Source: Piromyces finnis finn (taxonomy: Eukaryota; Fungi; Neocallimastigomycota). Taken from it: a stretch of DNA of 38,478 nucleotides. Location of the stretch: NCBI GenBank assembly GCA_002104945.1, contig MCFH01000117.1, forward strand, positions 1-38,478, given 5' to 3'. Each line of letters opens with the position of its first letter. The first letter of the stretch is position 1. A model generated the notes under the pieces. The model worked only from the letters and a program-made list of their open reading frames with translations. It ran no database searches and was not told the DNA's origin. A program made the position numbers and the translations under genes. Shown in pieces: positions 19,657 to 33,455 of the stretch.

Positions 19657-21500
19657 ATGGTTCTTGATAATCAAGTGGATCTACTAATTTCTAAATTAAA
19701 AAGAAGGTTATTAATTAATATATAGTTTAAGATTTTATTTTGCATATTTGTATTATAAGCGAAATGAGAAAAAGAAGTGTTTATATACTTGTTGTTTTAA
19801 CGGAGAAGCTAATGTTTTAAAAATATATAATTAATATATATTGGTATTTTTTATAATTTTAAGACAAATTGTTAATTCAGCTCAAGCTGCAATTCAAACT
19901 GCTTATTTAATGAGAAAGGTTATTGCAGCAACCAAGAGTCACCAAGCTGATAAATTAATTGATACAGTAAAGGAAATTGGAAAAAGATTGGTCTTAGCAC
20001 AACCAATGGGTAAAATTCAATAGTACAAAAAATTATTTTTTTCTTTCTTTATTTCTTTTTTTAATAACTTAATTCTATATTATTATATTATTATTTTTTT
20101 TTAAATAGAATTAGTTGTAGGTAATATCATTAGAAGAGTTTTACATATTATTCGTGAAGAATATACAACAATTATGAGACAGGAACAAAATAAAATTCCA
20201 CAATTTCCAAGCTCATCTTCAACAATGTTTAATTTACTTGAAACTTCAGATGATATAGATTATTCAAATACTTTTTATGATATCCTTTATAATATATACT
20301 TAAAATTCTATTAGAAATTATAAAATTATAATTTTATATCATAATCATAATATATTCTTTAACTTAATTTCTTACATTTCAAGCAATTAGTTATTGATGG
20401 TATTAAGGATTTAATTGATGAATTAGAAACTCAACAACAAAACATTGCTAATCAGGCTTTAGAACATATTCATTCAAAGTAATATTTATTAAATTTATCA
20501 TTATTATTTTATTTTAAAAAAACTATTTTAATAAAAAAACAATTTGAAAATATTTTTAAAAATTAATTATGAATTAATTTCTTTTCTTTTCCTTTTTTTA
20601 AATGTAAATCTATTTGGAAAAAAAATACCAATATATAGTGAAATTATTATGACACTTAATAATTCTGAAACTGTTCAAAATTACTTAAAACAAGCTGCTA
20701 AAACAAGAACATTCCAAGTTATTGTTGCTGATACATCACCAACGTAAATAAAATAAATTAAATGAAACATACAATTAAATAACTGTTTAAATTCTATAAT
20801 TATATAATTAAATATATTTTTATATATTTATTCATAAGACATGAAGGTCAAGTTATGGCTAAAGCTTTAGCTTCTGCTGGTATCGAAGTTACTTTGATTC
20901 CTGATTCAGCAATTTTTGCTGTTATGTCTAGAGTTAATAAAGTCATTCTCGGAAGTCATACTGTTACCGCTAATGGTGGTCTTATTGCTTGTACTGGTAG
21001 TCGTATTATTGCTACTGCAGCAAAATACCATTCTACTCCTGTTGTAGTTTGTATTGGTTTATATAAGCTTTCTCCAAAATATCCATTTGATATTGAGGAA
21101 TATAATCTTTGTGTTTCCCCTGATCAAGTATATACTTACGATGAAGGTAGTTTTATTGTTATTGTTATTATTATTATTATAATTATTTTGATATATAATA
21201 CTTATTAAATGTTTAAAATTTATAATATATTATAATTATTAAACAACAAAAAGGCGACATATTAGAAAAAGTTGATATTATTAATCCATATTATGAATAT
21301 GTACCACCAGAATTAGTTAGTTTATTTATTACTAATGTGTAAGTTAAATAATATTTTATAAATTGTATTTTCATTAATTAATTGCTAATTATATGAATGA
21401 ATTTATTTATATAAAATATATTATAAGTGGTCCACAACCACCAACTTATATGTATAGATTATTAAACGAATTTTATTCAAAGGAAGACTTTGAAATCTAA
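19657..21500 (+). CDS. GCD7: Translation initiation factor eIF2B subunit beta, 8 exons
   Basis: Spliced product contains LVLAQPMELVVGNIIRRVLHIIREEY, EHIHSNEIIMT, IPDSAIFAVMSRVNKVILG, NGGL, GLYKLSP and NPYYEYVPPELVSLFITN, ending FYSKEDFEI-stop. Confidence 0.95.
20280..20375 (+). other. U12-type AT-AC intron in eIF2B-beta (96 nt)
   Basis: 5' ATATCCTTT, branch TTCTTTAAC at 20355-20363, 3' end TTAC at 20375. Removal restores FY-D-FKQLVIDGI. The unspliced frame hits TAG, and no in-phase GT-AG or GC-AG pair was found. Confidence 0.9.
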
Positions 21501-22803
21501 TTAATATATATTAATTAATGGTAATAATATCGATTATTATCTTATAAAATTATTTTTTCTCATAAAGTCTAAAGTGATAACTCTTATAATATTAAAAAAA
21601 AAATATAGAAATAATAATAAATCAACAATTATATTTATTTAATCTTGAAAATATTATTAATAAAACCTATTTTATTATTAAATCTAGATTAATATTTAAT
21701 ATATATATATATAAATAATATATATATTGATAGTAAGAATATATGATTTAATTTTAATTAGATATTTAAAATAAACATTATCTTTAGCTTGTTAATTAAA
21801 CGTATATTTTAATCTTTTATTTTCATCTCTAATGATTTAATAAACTATGGGTATATTTAATAAATCTAATAGAACTATTATTTTTTATATAATTATAGAT
21901 ATAGCTTTATATAATATCAGCATTATTTTATTTTATTGATACTAATATAAATAATATTGATATATTTATTTATTTATATTTTTAAATAATTTGAAAAATA
22001 AAAAATAACAATTATAAAGAATTTTATTTATTGTTTTTAAAATGATTGAAAGGTTACATCAATTTTTTCTTTTATCGAAAATATTATATAAAATATATAA
22101 AATATGTATCTTCCATTTTTTTTTTTATTTATTTTAAAATTATCAATTATTTAAATAGATAAATAATTATAAAATAATATAATTTTATATATTATATGAT
22201 TGATTTTTTTTTTATTTATATTTTTTTAAAAAATAAATTTTTTAACTTTATAATTGATTGATATAAAAAATTTAATATATCTTTTTAAGAAAAGAAAAGT
22301 GGTTATACAGAATAAAATTATTTTTTATAATTTTAATAAACTTTAGAGATTATTAAGAAAAAGAAAAGGAAATATTGGTATTAATAGTATTACAATATTC
22401 TAAAAATAAAAAAAGTAATTTATCTTCATCATATTTAAATGACATTAAACAAAGTTTAATCTAATTCAATATTAAAAATATACAATATATAATAGTAATT
22501 GAGAAAAGATATATTAAAAATACATTTATTTTTTCTTAAATTCAAAGAAATAATTATGTAACAAAAATAATAATATTAAAATATAAATTATATTAAATAT
22601 CCTTCCTCTCCTTCGTCTTCTTAATTTAATAAACATTTCTTGATTATAATTCTTTTCATATATATTTTTTATTTTATTTATATTCTTAATTAACAATAAA
22701 TATGTATTATTTCCTTTATTATTATTTATATAGTTATATATAAAATAAATAATCAAACAATAGTTTCAAAGATATATAAGCAAATAAATAAATAAATTTA
22801 AAA

Positions 22804-25800
22804 ATGGATTGGCAACCTGAGCCTATAAGTTTACAGCAATTAATTGATTTATTGCAACAATCAACAACACCAAACACTGAAATTCATATGAGAGTTACTC
22901 AAGTATATATTTATATAATTAATTTAATTTTATGCTTAAAATAAAATTATATATTTAAAAATTTAAAAATGTAATTCAAAATATAATTAATTTTTGTTTT
23001 ATAAATAATTATTATTATTATATCATTTAATATAAATGTATTATTATAAACATTGATCCTAATTATAATCCAATTTTTAAAAATGAAATAATAAATTTTA
23101 AACATAAAATTATAAATTCGTATTTCCTAGCAATTAAGATCTTTCGACAATATTCCTGATTATAATAAATATCTTGCATTTATTTTTACTTTACTTCATC
23201 AAGAAAATGTTTCAACTCGTGTTGCAGCTGGTCTTGTTTTAAAAAATAATATTAAAATGAATTTTGGAAACATACCATTAGAAGTAATACAATATGTTAA
23301 ACAATGTTCAATTGAGGCTTTAAATGATGATATTGTTAATATTCGTTCAACAGCAGGTACAATTATTACAACAATATGCACAGCATATGGATTTGAATCG
23401 TGGCCAGAATTATTAAAACAATTAGTAAATTTACTGGATAATCAAAATATTTTAATTGTTGAGGTATATTTAAAATTATATTCAATTAATACATGTTTAT
23501 TTCACAATTTTGATATTAAATAAAAAAAAAAAATTAATTTTAATTTAATTTTACATATATTATGTTAATTTTAAAAATCATATTAAATTAAAATAATATT
23601 TTTCAGAGTAGTATAAATGCACTTCAAAAAATTTGTGAAGATTCAGCAAGAGTACTAAGATATAATAATGAAAACGATTTATACTATATTATTCCAAAGT
23701 TTATTGAATTATTTAATTCACAAAGTGTAAAAGTTAGGAGAGATGCTATTGATTGTGCAAATCAATTTATTCTAATGAAATCTGATTTTTTAACTTTACA
23801 TATGAAGAATTTCTTAAATGGTTTATATCAATGTACATCTGATCCATCACCAGAAGTTAAAAAGGTAGTTTGTCAAGCGTTTGTTATGATTTTAGAAGTA
23901 TATCCAAATGAATTAATGGAAGAATTACCAAATGTTGTTAAATATATGCTTTATTGTACACAAGATGAAGATGAAAGCGTAGCATTGGAAGCATGTGAGT
24001 TTTGGCTAACATTTGCTGAACAACCAATGATGCTAATGAACTTATCATCCTTTATACCAGAGTAAATAAAAATATATTGCTTATATATATATATATGATA
24101 AATAACTTTAAAAGTTAATTTCATAATATTTAAATTAAAATATTTTTATAGAATTGTACCTGTTTTATTAAAAGGTATGATTTATAGCCCAAATGATATT
24201 GCAATTATTAAAGGTCTTGATGAAGATGACACTAATATTCCTGATAATGAGCAAGATATTAAACCACGTCATCATAAATCAAAGCAACATTATCAACAAA
24301 ATCCAGGTCAATCCCATGAATTTCCTGAAGAATATGATGAAAGTGATGATGAATACGATGACTTTGATGATGATGATGAAAAATACTCTGAATGGAATCT
24401 TAGAAAGTGTTCTGCTGCAGCATTAGATGTTATGGCATCAACAATTGGAGATAAACTTTTAGAAGTATTGCTTCCATTATTAAATACTGAATTACAAAGT
24501 TCTGAATGGGAACATGTTGAATCTGCTATTTTAGCTCTAGGTGCTGTTGGTGAAGGTAATTTTTATAACCTATTTTTACCTTGTTATTTATTAATTATTA
24601 TTAAAATTTAAATAATAAAATCTAATTAATAAAAAATATTAATAACAAAGGATGTCAAGAGGGAATGAAAGTTCATTTACCAACTTTATGGCAATTTTTA
24701 TTGTTAAATTTAGATAACCCAAAAGTAAAAAAAAATATAATAAATAATTAATATAATTTTCTTCTTTTTTTTTTTTTTTTTAATATATATTTGTATTATT
24801 ATTTATTTAATAATCTTTATTCTCTATTATTTAGCCATTGGTTAGATCAATTACATGCTGGACTTTAGGTCGTTATGCTAAGTGGTCCTTAGATCCACCA
24901 CTTGGTACTGATGTTGAACTTCATCGTCAAACTTATTTTAATCCTTTATTGGAAAAGGTTTTTATTATTTTATTGTAAATATAAATTTTTAATAAATAAT
25001 TTGTTTTGAGATAATAAAAAAAATAATTATTATTTTTTTAGTTGCTTGATAGAATTCTTGATAATAATAAAAGAGTTCAAGAAGCAGGATGTAGTGCTTT
25101 TGCAACTTTAGAAGAAATAGCTCAAGGTGAATTAATACCTTATCTTAAACCAATATTGGAAAAATTCTCAATTGCGTTTACAAAATATCAAGTAATAAAC
25201 ATTAAATTTAATATAACTAAAGCTTATGGTTAAAATATCTAATTATATAAATTATTTAACAAAATATAGAATAAGAATTTATTAATTTTATATGATGCTG
25301 TTGGTACTCTCGCAGATTCTGTCGGAGATGCTTTAAATCAACCAGAACTTATTGAAATTTTAATGCCTCCACTTATAAATCGCTGGAACCAAATACCTGA
25401 TGATGATAATGGTATATTTCCATTACTTGAGGTAACATTACATTTTTATATTATTTTTTGTTTTAATTTAAAATATTTAAGGAAGTTTATAATTTTATAT
25501 TCTATTAAAAATAACAAATATTTTTAGTGTTTATCATCTGTTGCAATTGCATTAGGTCCAGGATTTCTATCATTTAGTCAACCAATCTGGCAACGTTGTA
25601 TAAATATTATTGAAAGAACATTCATATTAGATGATGTAAATAATAAATATACATATATATATAATAATTAAAAATAACTAACCTTCTCTCTCTATATATA
25701 TAGGCTTTTAGACGTGGAGAAACAGAAGAAAAGCCTGATAAAGATTTTATAATTGTAGCATTAGATCTTTTGAGTGGTATATTCCAAGGTTTAGGAAATC

Positions 25801-26939
25801 AAATAGAATTTTTAATGTCAAATAGTTATCAACCTCTTCTTGATATTATTTTAAAATCAATTAGAGTAAGTTTTTATTAGAATGCATATAAATTTTTTAT
25901 ATAAAAATCTAATTATATATTTTTTGATTTTATTTATTCATTGTAATAACAAAGGATGAAGCATTGGACGTTCAACAAAGCGCATATGCTTTATTAGGAG
26001 ATGTCGCGATTTCAGCATATGAATACTTAAAGCCAAGGTTGACTGAATTTATGGTAGATATTGTTAAAGTTATTACAACATATAATGAAAATTATCACGA
26101 TCTTGTGTGTAATAATGCAATATGGGCAACTGGAGAAATATCACTTAAAGCTAGTAAATATATCTATATCTATATCTACATTTATATGTTTTTAATAATA
26201 ATAATACTAAGAAAATATATTTACCTCTATAATAACTATTATATTTAGTGGACGATATGAAGCAATATGTAGGAAGTATAATAGAACCATTAATAATGAA
26301 ATTACATGATGAATCAAAATCATTATCATTATTGGAAAATATTGCAATTACTATAAGTAGAATAGGTTTTGTTTGCCCTGAGATTGTATCTATTCATTTA
26401 CCGATGTTTTACAAGCAATGGTATTGTATTATTTAATATAAAAGATAATTTTATTAAATCAAGATTTAATAACTTTTAAAAATCAATAATTTAATAGGTG
26501 TAGTATATTAAGAAATATTGTTGATAACAAAGAAAAAGAGTCAGCATTCTTTGGAATGTGTAAAATGATAGAAGTAAATCCAAATGCAATTATTGAAGTA
26601 AGTATTTTAGAATCATTAATTTATTTAGTAAATTTAAAATAAAATTTAAATACTAATTTATTAATTAAAATAAAAAGGATTTTGTATATTTCTGTGATGC
26701 TATAGTTCATTGGACTCATCTTTCCCCTCAATTAAATTTATGCTTCATTAACGTAAGATATTTTGATAATAATTTAATCTTATTATAACAAAAATTTAAC
26801 TATAAATTTTATTTTATAGATTTTAAATGGATTCAAGCAAATGATAGGTGAAAATTGGGAACAATGTTTAGCAAAATATCCTGATGAAAAAATGAGACAG
26901 ATTATAAGACAACGTTTACAAGTCCGTTATCAAGTTTAA
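22804..26939 (+). CDS. KAP104: Transportin-1 / importin beta-2 (Kap104 family), about 15 exons
   Basis: MDWQPEP start, [22 protein letters not shown] followed by an acidic loop, [86 protein letters not shown] introns throughout. Confidence 0.96.
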
Positions 26940-27885
26940 ATATGTATATTTAAATATATACTTTATTAAATCAGTCTTTTTAAATATATATTTATTAATA
27001 ACTAAAAAAAAATGATATAAAATAAAATATTATTATACTTTCTACTATTAATAAGCAATATTTATATATAACGTTAATATTAAAGTAATCAATTATCTTT
27101 CTATTTATTATTCAGTTTTATTTAAAATTATTATTTTCATGTTTATAATTATTTATTACATTATATTAAAGAAAACTTTTTTTTTTTAATTTGCTAAAAA
27201 ATATATAAAAGAATTATGTATTTTTTATTTTATTATTTTTTTTAAAAAAAATTTAACAGAAAATAAATAAATTATAATTTTATTTAAAAAATATGTATAA
27301 AATTTTATGTTAAAAAAAAAAAAAAAAAAAAAAAGGGAAAAAGAAAAGAAGAAATATGGTAAAAATTAATTTAATCTTAATTCTAAATAAATATCTATAT
27401 ATATAATATACATAAAAAATCCATATATTTATAAAGTAATATAAAAAATATATTAAATATTATCCTTTCTTTCTTTCTTTTTTTTTTTCTCGATAGTAAA
27501 CTATTTATTGATTACAGTGAATGTAAACTATTTAATTTGAATATTCTCCTTCAATTTATTAAAAAAGGATTAATAATTAAGTTCAGAAATTCTCTATTAC
27601 TAGAAATTATAAAATATTAAACAATATAATATATTTAATTGTTTTAAATAATATAATTTTGTACTTTTTTTTTTTTATCAATTCATTTTTCATATAATTT
27701 GATATTTTATTTATTTATTCTTCGTAGTACAGCAAGGTTTTAATAGAAATTAAAATTAATAAAAATAAACATAAAATATAAATTTATGTTTATTAAAATA
27801 ATTAAAATATATTCGATAAAATTTTATAAATATCAAGAAACAATAAATAGATATATAAAAATTAAAATTAAAGAATACATTTGAA

Positions 27886-29081
27886 ATGGATAACAAAGGC
27901 ACTACTTCATATAATGGTAGCTCTTCAAAATTAAATAATGAAGATTCTTCAGTTCAATTGTTTAATTTAAATGATTCTTCAGAATTTAATAGTAATTCAA
28001 ATTCTAAACTCCAATCTATTCAAAGTTTAAATGAATCAGCTTCAAGCAGCATTGCAATTTATGGGTAAAGGAAAATTCATAAAAATTAATATATTATTTA
28101 AATTAATAATAATAAATTATATATAGAAATATAAAATTATAATTAAACAACATATAGCTAAAATTAATATATGAAAATTAATATAAATGGTAATTAACAT
28201 TTATTAAAGATATGACCAAATTAAACAAAAAAAAACTAAAAAAAGAGGTAAACTATTGTAAATTTATTCATAAGTAGAAATTAAATTAATGTTAATTAAA
28301 TTTAAATAAATAAATAAATAATAAAACAAAATAAAATAAAACTAGTTACTGCTGCATTTGGAAAACGTGCTGCTTATGAGAATTTTACAACTATTGGTAA
28401 TTTTAAAAAAATCAAATTCAGACATTCTACTTTCTTTGTAAACATAATTTTAGCCAAACTATTCATTCAATATTAATTTATAATATTAATGTATTAATGT
28501 ATTAATAAGATTGGAATCATGATTTTGCTAAAGGTTATATATTTTTGTACTTGTAAAGTATTTTTTTTAAAATATACATATATTAACTGTATTAATTATA
28601 ATATTTCATTTCATTAACAGATAGAAATAGAAAAAATAAAGTGAAAAAAAGAAAAACTCTCAAAGGTAGATTATATCTTATTTATGATGCATGCCAATCA
28701 TGGATTTTGGTTATATTAATAGGTAATTCATTAATTAAAGAAATAAAAATTTCTTATTTAAAATTATTTTTAATTTTATTAAATAAAATTTAATAATTAA
28801 TTAATAGGTATGGTAACAGGTCTCCTTGCTGCCTTTATTGCAATTAGTTCAGATTGGATATCAGATATTAAAGAAGGTCATTGCAAGAGTGGATTTTATT
28901 TAAATCGTAAATTTTGTTGTTGGGGAAATCCAGGTAAGCATAATTCCATTTTAAAAAAAGTTAATTTTAAATTTCTTTATATTAATAAGTATTGTTTATT
29001 GTTTAAATAATAATTAATTAGGCTCTCAATGTTCGGACTGGTAATTTATTTAAAAATTTTTTTTCTTATCTAATAATCCAT

Positions 29082-29112
<31 letters not shown>

Positions 29113-31354
29113 TATATCTCAATAAATATGAAATAGGGAACAATGGTCAAACTTCTTCAATATTAATTCGTCATTTTTAAAAAAGATAATAAATTTGGGA
29201 ATGTATACTTTAATAGCATGTTTAGCAACATTTATTGCAGCTTATCTTGTGCGTGAATATGCTCCATACTCAGCTGGATCTGGTATTCCAGGTAATTTAG
29301 TATTAGATTATAAATATATATTTAATAATAAATTTTAAACATTTCAATTTTTTAATATATATTTATAAATATTAAATATGAATAATATTAGAGGTAAAAA
29401 CTATTTTAGGTGGTTTTGTTATTAAAGACTTTTTAGGAATACATACTTTAATTATGAAATGTATTGGTTTATCTCTTTCAGTTGGTGCAGGTTTGTCAGT
29501 TGGTAAAGAAGGTCCATTAGTACATGTAGGTTGTTGTGTTGGTAATTTATGTTCAAGATTATTTAGTAAATTTAATAATAATAGTGCAAGAAGAAGAGAA
29601 GCATTATCAGCCGCGTCAGCAGCTGGTGTATCAGTTGCTTTTGGGGCTCCAATTGGAGCAGTTCTTTTTTCTTTGGAAGAAGTGTCATATTATTTCCCAA
29701 TGAAGACTTTATGGCGATCTTTCTTATCTGCATTAGTAGGAGCACTTACTTTACAATTAATGAATCCTTTTAGATCAGGAAAAGTTGTTCTTTTTCAAGT
29801 TGCTTATACTCGTATTTGGCATATATTCGAGTTACCAATTTATATTTTACTAGGTGCAATAGGGTAAGTTTTTAATATAGATTCAATGTTAAAAAAAACT
29901 TAATTTGCCTTAAAAAGATATAAAAAATTATTATTGTTATGATTTTTTTATTTTAATTAACTATATAATATATTTATAATTAAAAAACAGTGGATTATAC
30001 GGTGCATTCTTTATTAAGATGAACATGAAAGTTGTAAGATTAAGAAAATTTTCATGGTTGAAAAAGTATCCAATTCAAGAAGTATTTATAGTAACGTTAA
30101 TTACATCTATTGTAAGTTATGGATTCCTCTTTTTGCGTGTTAGTATGACTCAATTAATTTCAAATCTTTTCAGAGAATGCTCGGAATTAGAAAGTGACTT
30201 TGGAGGATTATGTAAAAAATCACAATTAAAATCAACTATATTTATGCTTTTAATTGCCCTTATTTTAAAAATAATAATGACAATCTTTACTTTTGGTATA
30301 AGAGTACCTGCTGGAATATTTGTTCCAAGTTTAGCTGTTGGTGCTTTAATTGGAAGAATTGTTGGTATCTTAATGCAACTTTGGCAAGAATCTCATCCGG
30401 ATCTTTGGTTATTTTCATCCTGTAATCCCGATGTCCAATGCGTTACACCAGGTGTATATGCATTTATTGGTGCAGCAGCAGCACTAGGTGGTGTAACTAG
30501 AATGACTGTATCAACAACAGTAATTATGTTTGAATTAACTGGTTCATTATCATATGGTAATTTCTATTTTTTTAAACTTATTTCAATAAGAAATGATCAA
30601 ATAATAAATTGTTTTTATATATTTTATATATATATATATATTTTAATATAAAATATTAAAGTATTACCTGTTATGGTTACTGTTATGGTTAGTAAATGGG
30701 TTGGTGATGCCTTTGATAAAGATAGTATTTATGATGCATTAATTGATTTAAATCAATATCCATTCCTAGATAATAAAAGAGAGTATTATAGTGATGCTAT
30801 TGTTTCAGACATAATGACAAAAGAAGATAATATTATTGCACTGCCAGCTATAGGATTAACACTTAATGATATAGAAAATATATTACAAGAATATCAATAT
30901 CAAGGTTTCCCAATTATAAATAACACATATGACAAATTATTAATTGGATATATTGGAAGATCAGAATTACGTTATACTATAGGTAAATAGTATTTATTAA
31001 AACTATTATATTTTAATAATTGTATATTAATGAAATAAATTTGTATTAGATCAAGCATCAGAATTAGAAAATGTTGATGGCTTAGTTCAATGTTACTTTA
31101 CAAAAAAATCACCAGACGCGTATGGAATCAATGATCCAACAAAACCTCGAAGATACCTTGATTTGCGTCCTTGGATTGATGCAACCCCATACACTATTAC
31201 ACCAAATTATAAGGTAGTTAAAGTATTAGAAATATTTAAAAAAATTGGTCTTCGACATGTAATAGTCGTTAAACGTGGTAAATTAGTTGGTATATTAAAT
31301 AAAAAAGATTTATTAAGATATTTATCAACATTGAAAGACAATAAAATAAAATGA
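27886..31354 (+). CDS. ClC family chloride transporter (Gef1/ClC-3/4/5 type, predicted 2Cl-/H+ exchanger) with C-terminal CBS domains, about 13 exons
   Basis: Signature motifs [16 protein letters not shown] (gating Glu), LFSLEE (proton Glu), PAGIFVPS and [12 protein letters not shown] segments GFPII and [16 protein letters not shown]. The 5' micro-exon model (28210-28247) keeps the frame. Confidence 0.93.
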
Positions 31355-31719
31355 ATATTATATTATTACATAAAAGAGATTAAATGAAATAAATCAATAG
31401 TATATATATAATATAAATTTACATAAAAATATATTTAATAGATAATTATTAACTTAAAAATACACAACAAAACTATAAATAAATAAAATTATTTATTATA
31501 AGAAATGAGCCTTTATAACTTCATAAAATATTGCTTGTTTATTATGAATATTTTTAATTGCTTTTTATATTTAAAAAAAAAAAAAAAAAAAAAAAAATCA
31601 AGGGTATATTTTTATTATTTCATAAAGTTTAATTATTTAAAATTACAAATATTATTTTTAAATAGTAATAGCTTTTCTATTTTTCTATAGTTTGCATGAT
31701 TTATAATATATATAGATTT

Positions 31720-31798
31720 TTAATTTATTCCACGAGATCGTATTAATTCTCTAACAATTTGTTCATGTTCATTTTCATTATAAAACTATTATATTTTA

Positions 31799-31831
<33 letters not shown>

Positions 31832-31867
31832 TGGATAAAATATTTATATTAGTTAATAATAATAATA

Positions 31868-31912
<45 letters not shown>

Positions 31913-33110
31913 GTTTATTATTATTATTATTATTATTATTATGTTTATTATGTTTATTATTATGTTTATTATTATTACCCCTTTCACAAATTTTAAAAGA
32001 TTATTTTCAGGAAATTCTACTAATGCACGAGGACCCCATTTATAATTATAAAAAATTTCTTCATTTGGAACAACGGACTTTTCTTTTTCAAGATATCCTT
32101 TTTGAGTGAATTGTGAAATGTTTTTTTCGACATCACCAAATACTTTATGACTTTTATTCTTACTAATTCCAAATTTTTCCAAATACTTATATAATGCGTC
32201 TATTCGTATTAAAGTTTTAGTTTTAATAATTATAAAAATACATATTGTTATATTGTATATTGTAAACATTAACATTAATAAATCATTATACTTTTTAATA
32301 CTTAATAGTAATTTAATATTCCATACCTTCTTTTAAATGGTTTCCATTTACATATATTAAGCAAAGAATAATAATTAAGAGACCATGTAATTGATAATCT
32401 TCTTTTTCAAATATAAATCCTTTTCGAAAGTTTCCTGGTATTAGACTTCTTAAGATATATGATTTTGTTGTGTATTTTTTAGATCGCTTTATTTGGTTTT
32501 GAGTTTGAGTTGAAGTAGATGCTTGAGATACTTGAGTATCTCTTTGCGTTTCTAAATTATTATTTTTTTTTTCAGAATTATCTTAATTTATTAATAATAA
32601 AAATTTAAAATATTAATTTTTTATTTGGATACATATATTAAATATACCTTTGTTTAATGAATGAATTTTTGTTCCTCTTGTTGGATACTCTACTAATTCC
32701 ATACAATAATCATTTCTCAATATTTTCTGGGCTTCTTCAAAAACAACTGGAAATATTCTCATGTTATCTTTAATAACTAAAATTAAATTTAATTAAATAA
32801 AATTCCTTTTTTAATTTATATATAAAAATTCATTATTTATTAATAATTTAATATTTACCTTTCTTTCTAATTTCCTCTCTTTTTAATGGTACATCTGATA
32901 CATTATTACTAATAGCTAATCTTACTAAATCTATTGCCTTTTTTTCTATATCCTTTTAATTAATTATCCATTAAAAAATTTTTTTTTAATTTTAATAAAA
33001 TAATATTATATCAATATCCAAATAATCACTATATTTACTTCTTGGGTTATGTTTTCCGGTAATTTAAAATTACTTTGAATTGAAATACTCTCAGAATCAT
33101 CATCAGTCAT
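31720..33110 (-). CDS. NSE3: Smc5/6 subunit Nse3 (MAGE-domain protein), 6 exons
   Basis: Spliced product reads KAIDLVRLAI...PLKREEIRKKV, FPVVFEEAQKILRNDYCMELVE, KSYILRS, GLLIIILCLIYVNG, LYKYLEKFGI, YKWGPRALVEF, and last exon FYNENEHEQIVRELIRSRGIN-stop. Confidence 0.88.
31868..31977 (-). repeat. Compound microsatellite (AAT)n with AAACAT interruptions in the last NSE3 intron
   Basis: The minus strand reads gtaataataataaacataataataaacataataaacat... directly from the splice donor, using the same variant unit as 11156-11294. Confidence 0.92.
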
Positions 33111-33455
33111 TTTTTTTAAATTTTAATTCCTCATATAATTATTTAAACTTTTGAACATAATTTTATAACTTCACATGTAATACAAATAATCATGTGATTA
33201 TACATTGTTTATGCATTTTATTATAGTTTAAAATTTTACTTAAAAATTTTAAAAAAAAAAATATAAATTCAAAAAAAGCGAAGTTTAACTCATAAATATA
33301 ATAATATTATTATAACAATTCTATATCATTTTTTAAATATTTCTTTAATATAATTGTTTTCTATTAATTAAATTGTAGTATTTTAAGAAATAAGATAAAA
33401 AAAAAAACAGTTTTAAAAATTTTGAGCGAACTAATAATGAAATATTTAATTAATA

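Noticed and set aside
22597-22605. ATATCCTTC upstream of transportin as a 5' UTR AT-AC donor
   Set aside because: The consensus is imperfect and there is no properly spaced branch plus AC. Such motifs arise by chance in this AT-rich DNA.
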